A DNA stretch of 64,000 nt, from contig CAVSNY010000007.1 in NCBI GenBank assembly GCA_963729605.1, positions 512,001 through 576,000 of the forward strand, written 5' to 3'. The notes below the pieces were generated by a model. It worked only from the letters and a program-made list of their open reading frames with translations. It was not told the origin of the DNA and did no database searches. A program made the translations under genes and the position numbers. Of this stretch, positions 10,646 through 20,267 are shown one piece after another (position 1 is the stretch's first letter; every line of letters starts with the position of its first letter). The stretch is from an uncultured Gammaproteobacteria bacterium (lineage in GTDB: Bacteria > Pseudomonadota > Gammaproteobacteria > DRLM01).

Positions 10646-11772
10646 CGGTGGTGCAGGTATTGCCCGCCGTGGAGGAAGGCGGGGTGGAGCGCGGTACCTT
10701 GGAGGTGGCCAATGCCTTGGTGCAGCGCGGCCACCGCTCGATCGTGATTTCCGCGGGCGGTCGTCTGGTGCCCCACCTCACCAAGGGCGGCAGCGAACAC
10801 ATCGCCTGGCCGATCGGCGCCAAGTCGCCGCTCACCCTGCGTTATGTTTCGAAGCTGCGGCGTCTGTTGCGGCAGCGGCAGGTCGACGTGCTGCACGCCC
10901 GTTCCCGCTTGCCGGCGTGGATCGCCTACCTGGCCTGGCGCGGCATCAAGCCCGCGCTGCGGCCCCACTTCGTGACCACCGTGCACGGCTTGTATTCGGT
11001 GGGCCGCTACAGCGCCGTCATGACCCGCGGCGAACGGGTGATCGCGGTGTCGCATACCGTGAAGGAATACCTGCTGAAAAATTATCCGGGCGTGCCGGAG
11101 CAGCGCATCCAAGTCATACCGCGCGGCGTCGATCACCGTTTCTATCCTTTCGATTACCGCCCCAACTCCGGTTGGCTGCGCGGGTGGTTCGCCCAGTATC
11201 CGCAATTGCTCGACGCCTTCGTGGTGACCCTGCCGGGGCGGATGACCCGCCTCAAGGGCCACGAGGATTTCATCGAACTGATAAAACGCCTGACAGCACA
11301 AGGCCTGCCGGTATGGGGTCTGGTGGTGGGCGGCGAAGACCGGCGGCGCAAGGCGTATGCGGAAGAAATCAAACAACGCGCCCAGCAGGCCGGTCTCGAC
11401 AATCTCATCTTCACCGGCCACCGCAGCGATTTGCGGGAGATCTTCGCGGTCTCCAACGTGGTGTTGTCCCTCTCCACCCAGCCCGAGTCCTTCGGCCGCA
11501 CCGTGCTGGAGGCGCTCAGTCTGGGCGTGCCGGTGGTGGGGTATGACCATGGCGGTGTCGGCGAGATATTGAGCGGCCTGTTTCCCGAGGGGCGGGTGCC
11601 GCTGGGCGACCTGGATGAACTCACCGCTAAAGTCATCGCCTTTCTGAAGCAAAAGCCGGCGCTGACCCAGCACGGGGATTTCACCTTGCAGCGCATGTTG
11701 GACGATACCCTGCGCGTGTATGAATCCCTGGCGATTCCCGCCGCCGGCGGTGTGTTAGCCACTCAGTCATGA
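10627..11772 (+). CDS. Glycosyltransferase family 4, LpsB-like
   Basis: GGVERGTLE, HARSRLPAW, LPGRMTRLKGHE and ESFGRTVLEAL. From memory it closely resembles Acinetobacter LpsB. Confidence 0.88.
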   Translation: MVQRALTVVQVLPAVEEGGVERGTLEVANALVQRGHRSIVISAGGRLVPHLTKGGSEHIAWPIGAKSPLTLRYVSKLRRLLRQRQVDVLHARSRLPAWIAYLAWRGIKPALRPHFVTTVHGLYSVGRYSAVMTRGERVIAVSHTVKEYLLKNYPGVPEQRIQVIPRGVDHRFYPFDYRPNSGWLRGWFAQYPQLLDAFVVTLPGRMTRLKGHEDFIELIKRLTAQGLPVWGLVVGGEDRRRKAYAEEIKQRAQQAGLDNLIFTGHRSDLREIFAVSNVVLSLSTQPESFGRTVLEALSLGVPVVGYDHGGVGEILSGLFPEGRVPLGDLDELTAKVIAFLKQKPALTQHGDFTLQRMLDDTLRVYESLAIPAAGGVLATQS

Positions 11773-13061
11773 GCGGTACGGTGCAAGCCTCCAGCGGTCT
11801 CCGCGATCGCTTGCGCGACTGGTGGCCGGCATTGCTCATCGGCCTGGCCTTGGCGTCCCTGCCCTTCTCGCGCTCGGTGGAGCTGTTCATCCTCATCATG
11901 GCGGTGCTGGGCGTACGGGCGCTCATCAAGCAGGGCAGGGCCCTGGCCTGGTCCGGCGGCGGGCGCTTATTCAGCGTATTGTTCCTGTTATTTTGGGTGC
12001 CGATGCTGTCGTCCATTCCCGACGCCGTACAGATGGACAGAACCCTCTTGCGCGCCTTCAGCTATGTGCGGTTTTATTTCGCCGGCCTGTTCGTGTTGCA
12101 CGTGATGGCCGGGGAAGCGGCGCGGCGACGTTTGTTGAAAATCAGCGCTTTTGTGTTGTTGTTTTGGTTGGCGGACGCGCTGGTGCAATTAGTCTTTCAC
12201 CGCGACCTATTCGGTTACCGTTACCTGCCCGGCCGCTTGAACGCGCTGTTCGGCGAGGAGAGCAAACGTTTCGGTTACGTGTTGGCGGTGCTCTCGCCGC
12301 TGCTGCTCGAGTTCGCGCGGCGCTATTGGCCGCGCTGGGCGCAGGCCGCCGTCGCCCTCACCTTGCTGATCGTGATCTTGCTGGCGGGCAGCCGCGCGGC
12401 GTGGATCATGTTGTTCGTGATCTTCTGCGGTTATTTTTTGATTTATCTCCGCGACCAGCCCCGCAAGGCGCTGCGCTGGCTGGGCGCCGGAGTGGTGGGC
12501 GGCCTGGCGGTGATCGTGACGGCCTATCTTTTTTATTCGCCGTTCACCCACCGCATGGACACCTCCTTGCTGGTGCTGAAGGGCGACACGGAATCCATCG
12601 ACACCGCCATTTCCTTGCGCCTGCCCATCTGGGAGGTGGCGTTGAAGATGTATGCCGACCATCCGATCAACGGCGTGGGTATACGCGGTTTCCGTCATGC
12701 CTATCCGGCTTACGCCTTGCCCGATGACCCCTTCGTGTCGCCGGGGAGCACGACCGGGGCCTTGCACAGTCACCATCTGTGGCTGGAAGTCGCCGCTGAA
12801 GCCGGCAGCATCGGGTTGATCGGTCTGGTCGCGGCGATGGGCTTGCTGGTGCGGCGCTGGCGGCAAAGCCCGCGCGCCGTGCAGCGTTTGGCCCTGCCAT
12901 GGATGTTGGTGTTGGCGGCCCTGCTGTTTCCTTTCAACACGCATGTGGCGACGTATTCGCTGCTGATGTCGGTGCTGTTGTGGCTGACCGTCGCCTTATA
13001 CTGTGCCGCGTGCGGCGATGCCGCGGTCCGCGCCAAGGCCGGTGACGGGGCAGCGCAGTGA
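11769..13061 (+). CDS. O-antigen ligase (WaaL/Wzy_C) family membrane protein
   Basis: About 12 hydrophobic segments; GSRAAW, RLPIW, HPINGVG and HSHHLWLE motifs. Confidence 0.85.
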   Translation: MSGTVQASSGLRDRLRDWWPALLIGLALASLPFSRSVELFILIMAVLGVRALIKQGRALAWSGGGRLFSVLFLLFWVPMLSSIPDAVQMDRTLLRAFSYVRFYFAGLFVLHVMAGEAARRRLLKISAFVLLFWLADALVQLVFHRDLFGYRYLPGRLNALFGEESKRFGYVLAVLSPLLLEFARRYWPRWAQAAVALTLLIVILLAGSRAAWIMLFVIFCGYFLIYLRDQPRKALRWLGAGVVGGLAVIVTAYLFYSPFTHRMDTSLLVLKGDTESIDTAISLRLPIWEVALKMYADHPINGVGIRGFRHAYPAYALPDDPFVSPGSTTGALHSHHLWLEVAAEAGSIGLIGLVAAMGLLVRRWRQSPRAVQRLALPWMLVLAALLFPFNTHVATYSLLMSVLLWLTVALYCAACGDAAVRAKAGDGAAQ

Positions 13062-13188
13062 TTGAATCTTAAAATTCCCCGCGGTTTGCCGCGGCGACAA
13101 AGCGATGGGGGATTCTCAAGGGGGGTAATCGATCCTCCCTCTTGAGCCAAGCGCGGGGATTCATTCCCCGTGCGCAGTCAGACCGGTT
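13062..13188 (+). repeat. Palindromic intergenic element, family 'TTGAATCTT', copy 1
   Basis: TTGAATCTTAAAATTCCCCGCGGTTTGCCGCGG...GCGATGGGGGA...GACCGGTT matches the reverse complement of 40013-40130. Confidence 0.65.
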
Positions 13189-13219
13189 GAATTCAACTAA
13201 TCGCGAGGAAGCGTTTGTC

Positions 13220-13918
13220 ATGCAATCGACCCTGAAGAAAATCAGTCGGAATCTACGTGTGCCCTACAATCGCGGCGTGGCATTCCGCCGCCTGTGCGAA
13301 TATCACGCCCGCCCGCGCGGCCTGGAGGAGACCGTGGACTGGGCCATGAGTTTCGGCGGCGGCGGCTATTATCTGATTAAAACCTTGCAGATCCCCGCCG
13401 AGATCACCGCCCTGGCCCGCGCCGTGGCGGCGCTCAAGCCGCGCACCATCCTCGAGATCGGCACGGCGCGCGGCGGCACCTTGCTGATCTGGTCCAGCCT
13501 GGCCGCGCAGCGGGTCATCAGCTGCGATTTACAGGACATGAGTCAGCAGCGCGAGTTGCTGGAGGCTTTGCCTCCGCCCGGTTCGTCTTGCAAGGTGACG
13601 CTGTTGTCCGGCAATTCCCACGATGCGGCCTTTCGGCGCCGGGTGGAGGCGGAATTGCGCGGCGAGCAGGTCGATCTGCTGTTCATCGACGGCGACCACA
13701 CCGAGGCCGGCGTGGAGCAGGACTACCGCGATTACCATCACCTGGTGCGGCCCGGCGGCATCATCGCCTTTCACGACATCGTGGAAAAACAGCCGCTGTC
13801 CACCAATCAGGTGTACCGGTTCTGGCAACGCGTCAAGCAGGAGGCGGTGACCGAGGAGTTCGTCGCCGACCCTCAGCAATGCGGTTTCGGCATCGGCATC
13901 ATCCGCATGCCGGAGTAG
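13220..13918 (+). CDS. Class I SAM-dependent methyltransferase (Methyltransf_24/CmcI-like)
   Basis: ILEIGTARGGT, DLLFIDGDH and LVRPGGIIAFHD. Confidence 0.88.
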   Translation: MQSTLKKISRNLRVPYNRGVAFRRLCEYHARPRGLEETVDWAMSFGGGGYYLIKTLQIPAEITALARAVAALKPRTILEIGTARGGTLLIWSSLAAQRVISCDLQDMSQQRELLEALPPPGSSCKVTLLSGNSHDAAFRRRVEAELRGEQVDLLFIDGDHTEAGVEQDYRDYHHLVRPGGIIAFHDIVEKQPLSTNQVYRFWQRVKQEAVTEEFVADPQQCGFGIGIIRMPE

Positions 13919-14990
13919 ACATCGCGGCGGTGATCGCCTGCCGCAAGCGGGCGTTGATCGAGTCCTGGGAAAAATAATCGTCGAAGCTGCGCCGCGCCCG
14001 TGCGCCGTCCTCCGCCAGGGCCGCGCGCCGCTCGGCCAGTTCGGCCACCGCGTCCGCCAGGGCTTGCGCATCGCCCGCTTGCACCCAGTGCAGCCCGCTA
14101 TTTTCTCGCGTTAACAAGGCGGGCGGATAGGCGCCGCTCCGCAAGGTGACCACCGGCCGCGCGCAGGCCAGGGCCTGGTAAACCTTGTTGGGGATGACGC
14201 GCTGTGCCTTCGGCGTCGCGCCGAAGATGCCGAGCACGATGCTCGCGCGCCGGATGCGCGCCGGGAGCTGCGGGTAGGGCAGCCAGTCTTCGAAACTCAC
14301 CGTGGCCAGTCCTTGCGCGGCGCGCTCGCATTGTGCCCGCAACGGGCCGCTGCCCAGCAGGCACCAACGCAGCGGCGGGCCGCGATAGAGGCGCGCCGCT
14401 TCCACGATGATCTCCGGTCCTTGCAGCGGAATGAAGCTGCCGAAAAACAGCGCCTCCATGGGCTCGGCCCCGGCGGGCCAGGCTTGCGGGGTGAACAACT
14501 TTTCCTCGGCGCCCACCGGTACGACGTGAATCTTTTCCGCGTTCACCTCAAGCACCTCATGGAAAAACGCCGCGTGGGCCTCGGTGTCGGCGAGCACGGC
14601 GTCGGCCAGGGCGAATTGGCGTCGCTCGGTTTGCAGCAAACGCCGCGCGGCGGCGCCGTGTTCGTCGAGTTTGCCGCGTTCGAAAACCTGCTTGTCATAG
14701 GCGCTGATCAAGGGATCGAACAGCAGCGGCACGCCGCGGCGGCGCGCCCAGCGCGCGGCGGCGGCGATGTCGCGCTGACGGAAGCAGGGCACCCACACTA
14801 AATCGACGCGGTCGCGAAAACGCAGGACCGCTTCCCAGTCGCCCCAGCGGGAAAAACGCGGCTGAAAATCCAGCACCCGCCAACCCAGCGCGGCGTAACC
14901 CTGGCGCAGGATGCGGTTGCGGGAATAACTGGGGTCGGAACGGCCCCAGCACAATACGCCGCGCGGTGTAGAGGGTGTGGTATTTTTCAC
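13899..14990 (-). CDS. Glycosyltransferase family 4
   Basis: FFGSFIPLQG and VIPNKVYQALA GT-B motifs; GTG start at 14990; 3' end overlaps the convergent methyltransferase by 20 nt. Confidence 0.85.
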   Translation of the reverse strand: MKNTTPSTPRGVLCWGRSDPSYSRNRILRQGYAALGWRVLDFQPRFSRWGDWEAVLRFRDRVDLVWVPCFRQRDIAAAARWARRRGVPLLFDPLISAYDKQVFERGKLDEHGAAARRLLQTERRQFALADAVLADTEAHAAFFHEVLEVNAEKIHVVPVGAEEKLFTPQAWPAGAEPMEALFFGSFIPLQGPEIIVEAARLYRGPPLRWCLLGSGPLRAQCERAAQGLATVSFEDWLPYPQLPARIRRASIVLGIFGATPKAQRVIPNKVYQALACARPVVTLRSGAYPPALLTRENSGLHWVQAGDAQALADAVAELAERRAALAEDGARARRSFDDYFSQDSINARLRQAITAAMSTPACG

Positions 14991-15107
14991 GGCGTGATTG
15001 TAGCAAGCCTGCCCTGCCGTGCGCGTATGAGTTGTGTGTCCTTCACGTCGCAGGCCGCGCATCGGTGCTAGACTTGGCCGAATTTATAAACACGCTACGG
15101 ACCCGCC

Positions 15108-15902
15108 ATGGAGAAGCTCTCGGTATTCGTCACCACGTTTAACAATGCCCGCACCCTGCGCGCCTGTCTGGAAAGCGTGAAGTGGGCCGACGAGATCGTG
15201 CTGCTGGATTCCTACAGCAGCGATGCCACGCTGGACATCGCCGGCGAGTTCGGCTGCCGCATCTTTCAGCATGAATTTCTCGGCTACGGCAAACAGAAAC
15301 AGTCGGCCATGGAGAAGACGACTCACCGTTGGGTGTTACTGTTGGACGCGGATGAAGCCCTCTCGCCCGAGTTGCAGTCCCAAGTGCAAAAGGTCTTGCG
15401 CGAGGGGCCGCGGGCCGACGGTTACGAGTTGCCGCGGCAGGAGCAGATGTTTTGGCGCATGGCCCATTCCGGCGGCCGCATGAATTATTTCCTGCGTTTC
15501 TTCGATAAGACCAAGGGCCGTTTGAGCGACATGCCGGTGCACGCCGCGCCCAAGGTGACCGGCACCCTCCGCCGGCTGCACGCGCCGTTTTATCACTACG
15601 GCGAGGTGAGCGTGCATGAGAAGGTGGACAAGGTGAACGCCTATTCCAGCGGACTGGTGGCCGATAAACTGGCCAAGGGCCGCCGCGCCCATCCCTGGAT
15701 CATGGTGTTTTATCCGCCGCTCTATTTTGTGCGCATCTATTTTTTCAAGCGCAACTTCCTCAACGGCTGGGCCGGTTTCATCGCCTCGGTGGTGAGCGCC
15801 TTTTATGTGTTTTTGAAATACGCCAAGCTTTACGAACATCAGCAACGCGCCGAACACGGCGACGGTCTTTTACCGCCGGGGGCGCCGCCTTCCAAGAAAT
15901 AA
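15108..15902 (+). CDS. Glycosyltransferase family 2 (KdtX/WaaE/LgtF-like LPS core glucosyltransferase)
   Basis: CLESVKWADEIVLLDSYSSDAT, WVLLLDADE and FLNGWAGF..KYAKL. Confidence 0.9.
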   Translation: MEKLSVFVTTFNNARTLRACLESVKWADEIVLLDSYSSDATLDIAGEFGCRIFQHEFLGYGKQKQSAMEKTTHRWVLLLDADEALSPELQSQVQKVLREGPRADGYELPRQEQMFWRMAHSGGRMNYFLRFFDKTKGRLSDMPVHAAPKVTGTLRRLHAPFYHYGEVSVHEKVDKVNAYSSGLVADKLAKGRRAHPWIMVFYPPLYFVRIYFFKRNFLNGWAGFIASVVSAFYVFLKYAKLYEHQQRAEHGDGLLPPGAPPSKK

Positions 15903-16076
15903 GCCTCCAACGCAATGGCGCGAAGACGCAAAGAGCGAATCAGCTTTGAGTTTCACGAGGGATGGGTATCAGGTTTCGAAAATCAGCATAACGGCCGATT
16001 AACCCGGCAACTAATTTAAAGAAGAATCGAACACCACCCTGTCCGCTTCGCAGCCGGGCCTCATTAGCAAAAGAGC

Positions 16077-16537
16077 AAACCACCCCGGCCCTGCGGGCCA
16101 CCCCTCCTTGAAAAGGAGGGGATGAACCTGTCTTGTTTCATCCCCCCCTCGCGAGCGCTTCAAAGGCCTAATAAAACCCGGAGCCGCTCAGGGTGGCAAG
16201 CGACGCCAACCACCCCGCGCCGAGGCCAATTATGCGTGGCGGGAATTCAAACCACCCCGTCCGCTGCGCGGCCCTCCTTGAAAAAGGAGGGGATGAACCT
16301 GTTTTGTTTCATCCCCCCCTCGCGAGCGCTTCAAAGGCCTAATAAAACCCGGAGCCGCTCAGGGTGGCAAGCGACGCCAACCACCCCGCGCCGAGGCCAA
16401 TTATGCGTGGCGGGAATTCAAACCACCCCGTCCGCTGCGCGGCCCTCCTTGAAAAAGGAGGGGATGAACCTGTTTTGTTTCATCCCCTCCTCCCACGCTT
16501 TTCGTGGGAGGAGGGGTGCCCGAAGGGCGGGGTGGTG
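16077..16537. repeat. REP-like cluster (ACCACCCC...CCCCTCC-loop-GGAGGGG family) containing a 171-bp tandem duplication (about 2.25 units)
   Basis: ATGAACCTG recurs at 16122, 16293 and 16464. Each unit carries CCCTCCTTGAAAAAGGAGGGG and GGGGATGAA..TTCATCCCC hairpins. An inverted REP closes the cluster at about 16484-16537. Confidence 0.9.
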
Positions 16538-16560
16538 GGCCTATCTCCCCCCCGCACAGC

Positions 16561-16612
16561 GCAAACCTTGGCGAGTCCCCCGGCATGGCCGGGGGCTTGC
16601 CTCGATTAATTA
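16561..16612 (-). mobile_element. Orphan IS200/IS605-like terminal hairpin with no transposase
   Basis: The minus strand reads TAATTAATCGAGGCAAGCCCCCGGCCATGCCGGGGGACTCGCCAAGGTTTGC. From memory this resembles IS200-type left ends. Confidence 0.5.
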
Positions 16613-16776
16613 AAGTCGCGAGACCGAGGTCAATTCGCACATGGAGGCGCGAAATGTTTCCTGAAGGCCACGACACATCGACATTGAAAGATCAGTCTGA
16701 TTGGCATTGCGGCGGAATAGGATGAGCGGGTTCTGATATTGACGACCCATGACTTCGCGTCTTTGCATTGAATGTT

Positions 16777-17835
16777 TCAAACCGCGCCGAGTTGCCGCAG
16801 CGCGCTGAATACCGCTTCCGGGCTCACCAATTCCATGCAGCTGTGATGGCTGCAATGTTTGCGGTAGCAGTTGATGCAGTGGATGTCCGCTTGCAGGGCC
16901 AGCACATTGTCGCCGAGCGGTTTGACCCGGCGCGGATCGGTGGGGCCGCACACCACCACCTGCGGGGTGGGCGTGCTGGACGCGACGTGGGCGGTGCCGG
17001 TGTCGTTGGCGACGATGCAGCCGGCGCCTTCGCAAATCGGCACCAGATCCAGGATCTCGGTGAGTCCGCAGAGATTGATCACCCACTCGCCGCAGGCCTG
17101 TTGGATACGAGCGCATTCTTCCATTTCGTCTTTGGCGCCGAGGATCACGATGCGCTCATAACCCGCCTCGCGCAGATACAGGGCGAGGGCGCTGTAGCGC
17201 AAGGCGCCCCAGCGTTTGAGATAACCCGCCGCCTGACAACCGGGCAGGAACACCGCGTAGCGGGTGTCCGCGCCGATGCCGTGGCCGCGTAACAAGTCGG
17301 CGGCGCGCTGGCGGTGGCGCGGCGGCACGAACAGCGTCGGTCGCGGGGTGACGGTAGGAATGCCGCCGGCCCGCAGCGCGGCGCGCAGATGTTCGAAGGC
17401 GTGCACCGCGGGCGGCTGCGGGCCGGGCGCGACGGTGTAGGGAAAGCGGCGATGGGTGCCGAGGCGATAGGGAACCCGCGTCCCGCTGGCCAGCAGCAGG
17501 GTGTGCAGGATGCGGGCGCGGTCGGTGGATTGCAGATCGACGATCAAGTCGTAGTTTCCGCGCCGTATTTCGCGCAGCCATTGCAGCATGGCGCGCGTGC
17601 CTTTGCGCACCGGGATGGCAATGACCTTGCGGAAGCGCGGATCGTCGCGGAACAGCGGCGCCCACGGCGGCAGGGTGTTGACGTCGATCTCCGCCGCGGG
17701 AAAGGCGCGCCGCACGTCTTCCATCAAGGCGGTGCTGATCACCACGTCGCCCATCGCGCTCCACTTCATGATGAGGATGCGGCGGATGTCGCCGCGCGCG
17801 GGCAGGTCGATCACGATCTCATTCCCGGTAGACAT
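16777..17835 (-). CDS. Glycosyltransferase family 9 (heptosyltransferase-like)
   Basis: SAMGDVV, YDLIVDLQ, KRWG, NLCG.T and VANDTGTAHVA..GPT. Confidence 0.92.
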   Translation of the reverse strand: MSTGNEIVIDLPARGDIRRILIMKWSAMGDVVISTALMEDVRRAFPAAEIDVNTLPPWAPLFRDDPRFRKVIAIPVRKGTRAMLQWLREIRRGNYDLIVDLQSTDRARILHTLLLASGTRVPYRLGTHRRFPYTVAPGPQPPAVHAFEHLRAALRAGGIPTVTPRPTLFVPPRHRQRAADLLRGHGIGADTRYAVFLPGCQAAGYLKRWGALRYSALALYLREAGYERIVILGAKDEMEECARIQQACGEWVINLCGLTEILDLVPICEGAGCIVANDTGTAHVASSTPTPQVVVCGPTDPRRVKPLGDNVLALQADIHCINCYRKHCSHHSCMELVSPEAVFSALRQLGAV

Positions 17836-18742
17836 CGGGCTCTCCCGGCGGGCGGGTCTTGAAGCGGCGGTGCACCCACAGATATTGCTCGGGGATGCGC
17901 CGCGCTTGCGCCTCGATGGCCTGATTGATGCGCGCGGCGTCGGCGTTCAAGTCGCCGCTGGGATAGCCGCTCAGGGGCGCCTGCAAGCTGATGTGATAGC
18001 CTTGCGCGCCGGGCAGGCGTTGCGCCAGCACCGGGATCACCGGCGCGCCGCTGGTCTGGGCGATGCGCGAAGTGGCGGTGATGGTGGCGGCGGGTACGCC
18101 GAAGAAGGGCGCGAAGGCGCTGAGTTTGCCGGCGTAGTTTTGATCGGGGGAGTACCACAGCGCCTCGTTGTTTTTCAGGGCGCGGTACATGGCGCGCAGA
18201 TCGGTGTGGGGCACGATCGCGGCGCAGTGCCGGCGGTGCACGCGTTCCAGGATGTGTTGGTAAAGCGGGTTCTTGTGTTCGCGATACGTCACATGCAGCG
18301 GCGCGTGCAGGGCCAGCAGGCGCGCGATCAACTCCATGGTGGTGAAATGGCCCACCAGCACGATGGCGCCTTTGTCTTGCGCAAAGGCGGCTTGCAGATG
18401 TTCCAGGCCGTCCACCCGCACCAGCGGCCGCAATTTTTGCGTGGGGGCGAACCAGCTCATCGCCGTTTCCATGAAGGCGATGCCCACCGCTTCGAGGTGC
18501 TTGGCCAACAAGATCCGCCGTTCATCCTCGTTCAGCTCCGGCAGGCACAGGCGGAGATTCACCTCGGCGATGCGGCGGCGGCGTCCGCCCAGGGCGTTGA
18601 ACACCCGTCCCAGCATACGCCCGAGGCCCAGCTGCGCGCGGAACGGCAGGTGCGCCAGACACCACATGACGCCCAGCCCCAGCCAGGTGGGCCAGTAACG
18701 GGGGGACAGGAAATGCGGGTTGGTGGGCGGGGTGTCGGTCAC
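17819..18742 (-). CDS. lpxL: Lipid A late acyltransferase (LpxL/HtrB)
   Basis: LSPRYWPTW, HFTTME catalytic motif, YSPDQ, APFFG and PEQYLWVHRRFKTRP. Confidence 0.95.
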   Translation of the reverse strand: MTDTPPTNPHFLSPRYWPTWLGLGVMWCLAHLPFRAQLGLGRMLGRVFNALGGRRRRIAEVNLRLCLPELNEDERRILLAKHLEAVGIAFMETAMSWFAPTQKLRPLVRVDGLEHLQAAFAQDKGAIVLVGHFTTMELIARLLALHAPLHVTYREHKNPLYQHILERVHRRHCAAIVPHTDLRAMYRALKNNEALWYSPDQNYAGKLSAFAPFFGVPAATITATSRIAQTSGAPVIPVLAQRLPGAQGYHISLQAPLSGYPSGDLNADAARINQAIEAQARRIPEQYLWVHRRFKTRPPGEPDVYRE

Positions 18743-18840
18743 GATGAAATGGACGAAATGAATAAGCGCGCATTCTACCGGCCGCGCCCGCCGCCGCGCA
18801 AAGGCCGGCGTGTTAAGATACGCGCCAACCGGGGGGCGCG

Positions 18841-20263
18841 ATGAAGATTCATATTCCCAATTTCGACAAGGCCCGCGTGCTGGTGGTCGGCGATGTGATG
18901 CTCGACCGCTATTGGCACGGCGCGACTTCGCGCATCTCGCCCGAGGCGCCGGTGCCGGTGGTGCGGGTCGAACAGGCCGAGGACCGTCCCGGCGGCGCGG
19001 GCAACGTGGCCTTGAATGTCGCGGCGCTGGGCGCGGCCGCCAGCCTGATCGCCGTCACCGGCGAGGACGAGGCGGCGCGCACCCTCACCCAGCAGCTCAG
19101 CGCCGCGGGCGTGGCCTGTGATTTCGAACGGTTGCCCGGCGTGCCGACGGTGAGCAAGCTGCGGGTGATCTCGCGGCACCAGCAGTTGATCCGCCTCGAT
19201 TTCGAAAGCAGCCTGCCGGGTTTCGCCCCCGCGCTGCTGATCGTCCGTTTGCGCGAGGCCCTGCCCGGCGCGGACGTGGTGCTGCTGTCCGATTACGGCA
19301 AGGGCGCGCTGACGGCGGTGAGCGAATTGATCGCCGCGGCGCGCGCCGCCGGCAAGCCGGTGCTGGTGGACCCCAAGGGCCGCGACTTCAGCCTCTATCG
19401 CGGCGCGACGCTGGTGACGCCCAATCTCGCCGAGTTCGAGGCGGTGGCGGGCGCCTGCCGCGATCAAGACGAATTGGTGAACAAAGGCATGGCCCTGCTG
19501 GCGGCGCAGCAATTCGAGGCGCTGCTGATCACCCGCGGCGAACAGGGCATGACCCTGCTGCAACGCGGCAAAGAGGCCTTGCATCTGCCGACCCGCGCGC
19601 GCGAGGTGTACGACGTCACCGGCGCCGGCGACACGGTGATCGCCGCGCTGGCGGCGGCGCTGGCGGCGGGCGAATCCTTGCCGCAGGCCACCGCCTTCGC
19701 CAATCTCGCCGCCGGCATCGTGGTGGGTAAGCTCGGCACGGCCACGGTGAGCGTGCCCGAGATCCGCCGCGCCTTGCGCGAAGACTACGCGCCGGAACGC
19801 GGCGTGTTGAACGAAGAACAATTGCTGGCGGCGGCGGCCGACGCGCGCGCCCACGGCGAGACCATCGTCATGACCAACGGTTGTTTCGACATCCTCCACA
19901 CCGGGCACGTCGCCTATTTGGAGGCCGCGCGCAAACTGGGCGATCGTTTGATCGTCGCGGTGAACGACGATGATTCGGTGCGCCGCCTCAAAGGCGCGAC
20001 GCGGCCGGTGAATAGTTTGGATCACCGCATGGCGGTGTTGGCGGCCTTGAAGAGCGTGGACTGGGTCGTGCCGTTTTCCGAAGACACCCCGGAGCGCTTG
20101 ATTTGCAGAGTGCTGCCGGATTATCTGGTGAAAGGCGGCGATTACCGGCCCGAGCAGATCGCCGGCCATCACTGTGTCACCGGGAACGGCGGCCGAGGTG
20201 ATCATCGTCGATTTCATCGAAGGCCATTCCACGACGCGGATTATCGAGCGTTGCAAACTGTGA
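18841..20263 (+). CDS. hldE: Bifunctional heptose kinase/adenylyltransferase HldE, with a 1-nt insertion near 20194
   Basis: [26 protein letters not shown] and [12 protein letters not shown]. The canonical tail [19 protein letters not shown] lies in the +1 frame and ends at TGA 20261-20263. Confidence 0.95.
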
Positions 20264-20267
20264 GGAA

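Noticed and set aside
16102-16487. 171-bp repeats as a possible CRISPR array or 57-aa repeat protein (ORF 16122-16613)
   Set aside because: The intervening sequences are identical rather than unique spacers, there are no cas genes, and the ORF is a translation of palindromic repeats whose unit length is a multiple of three.
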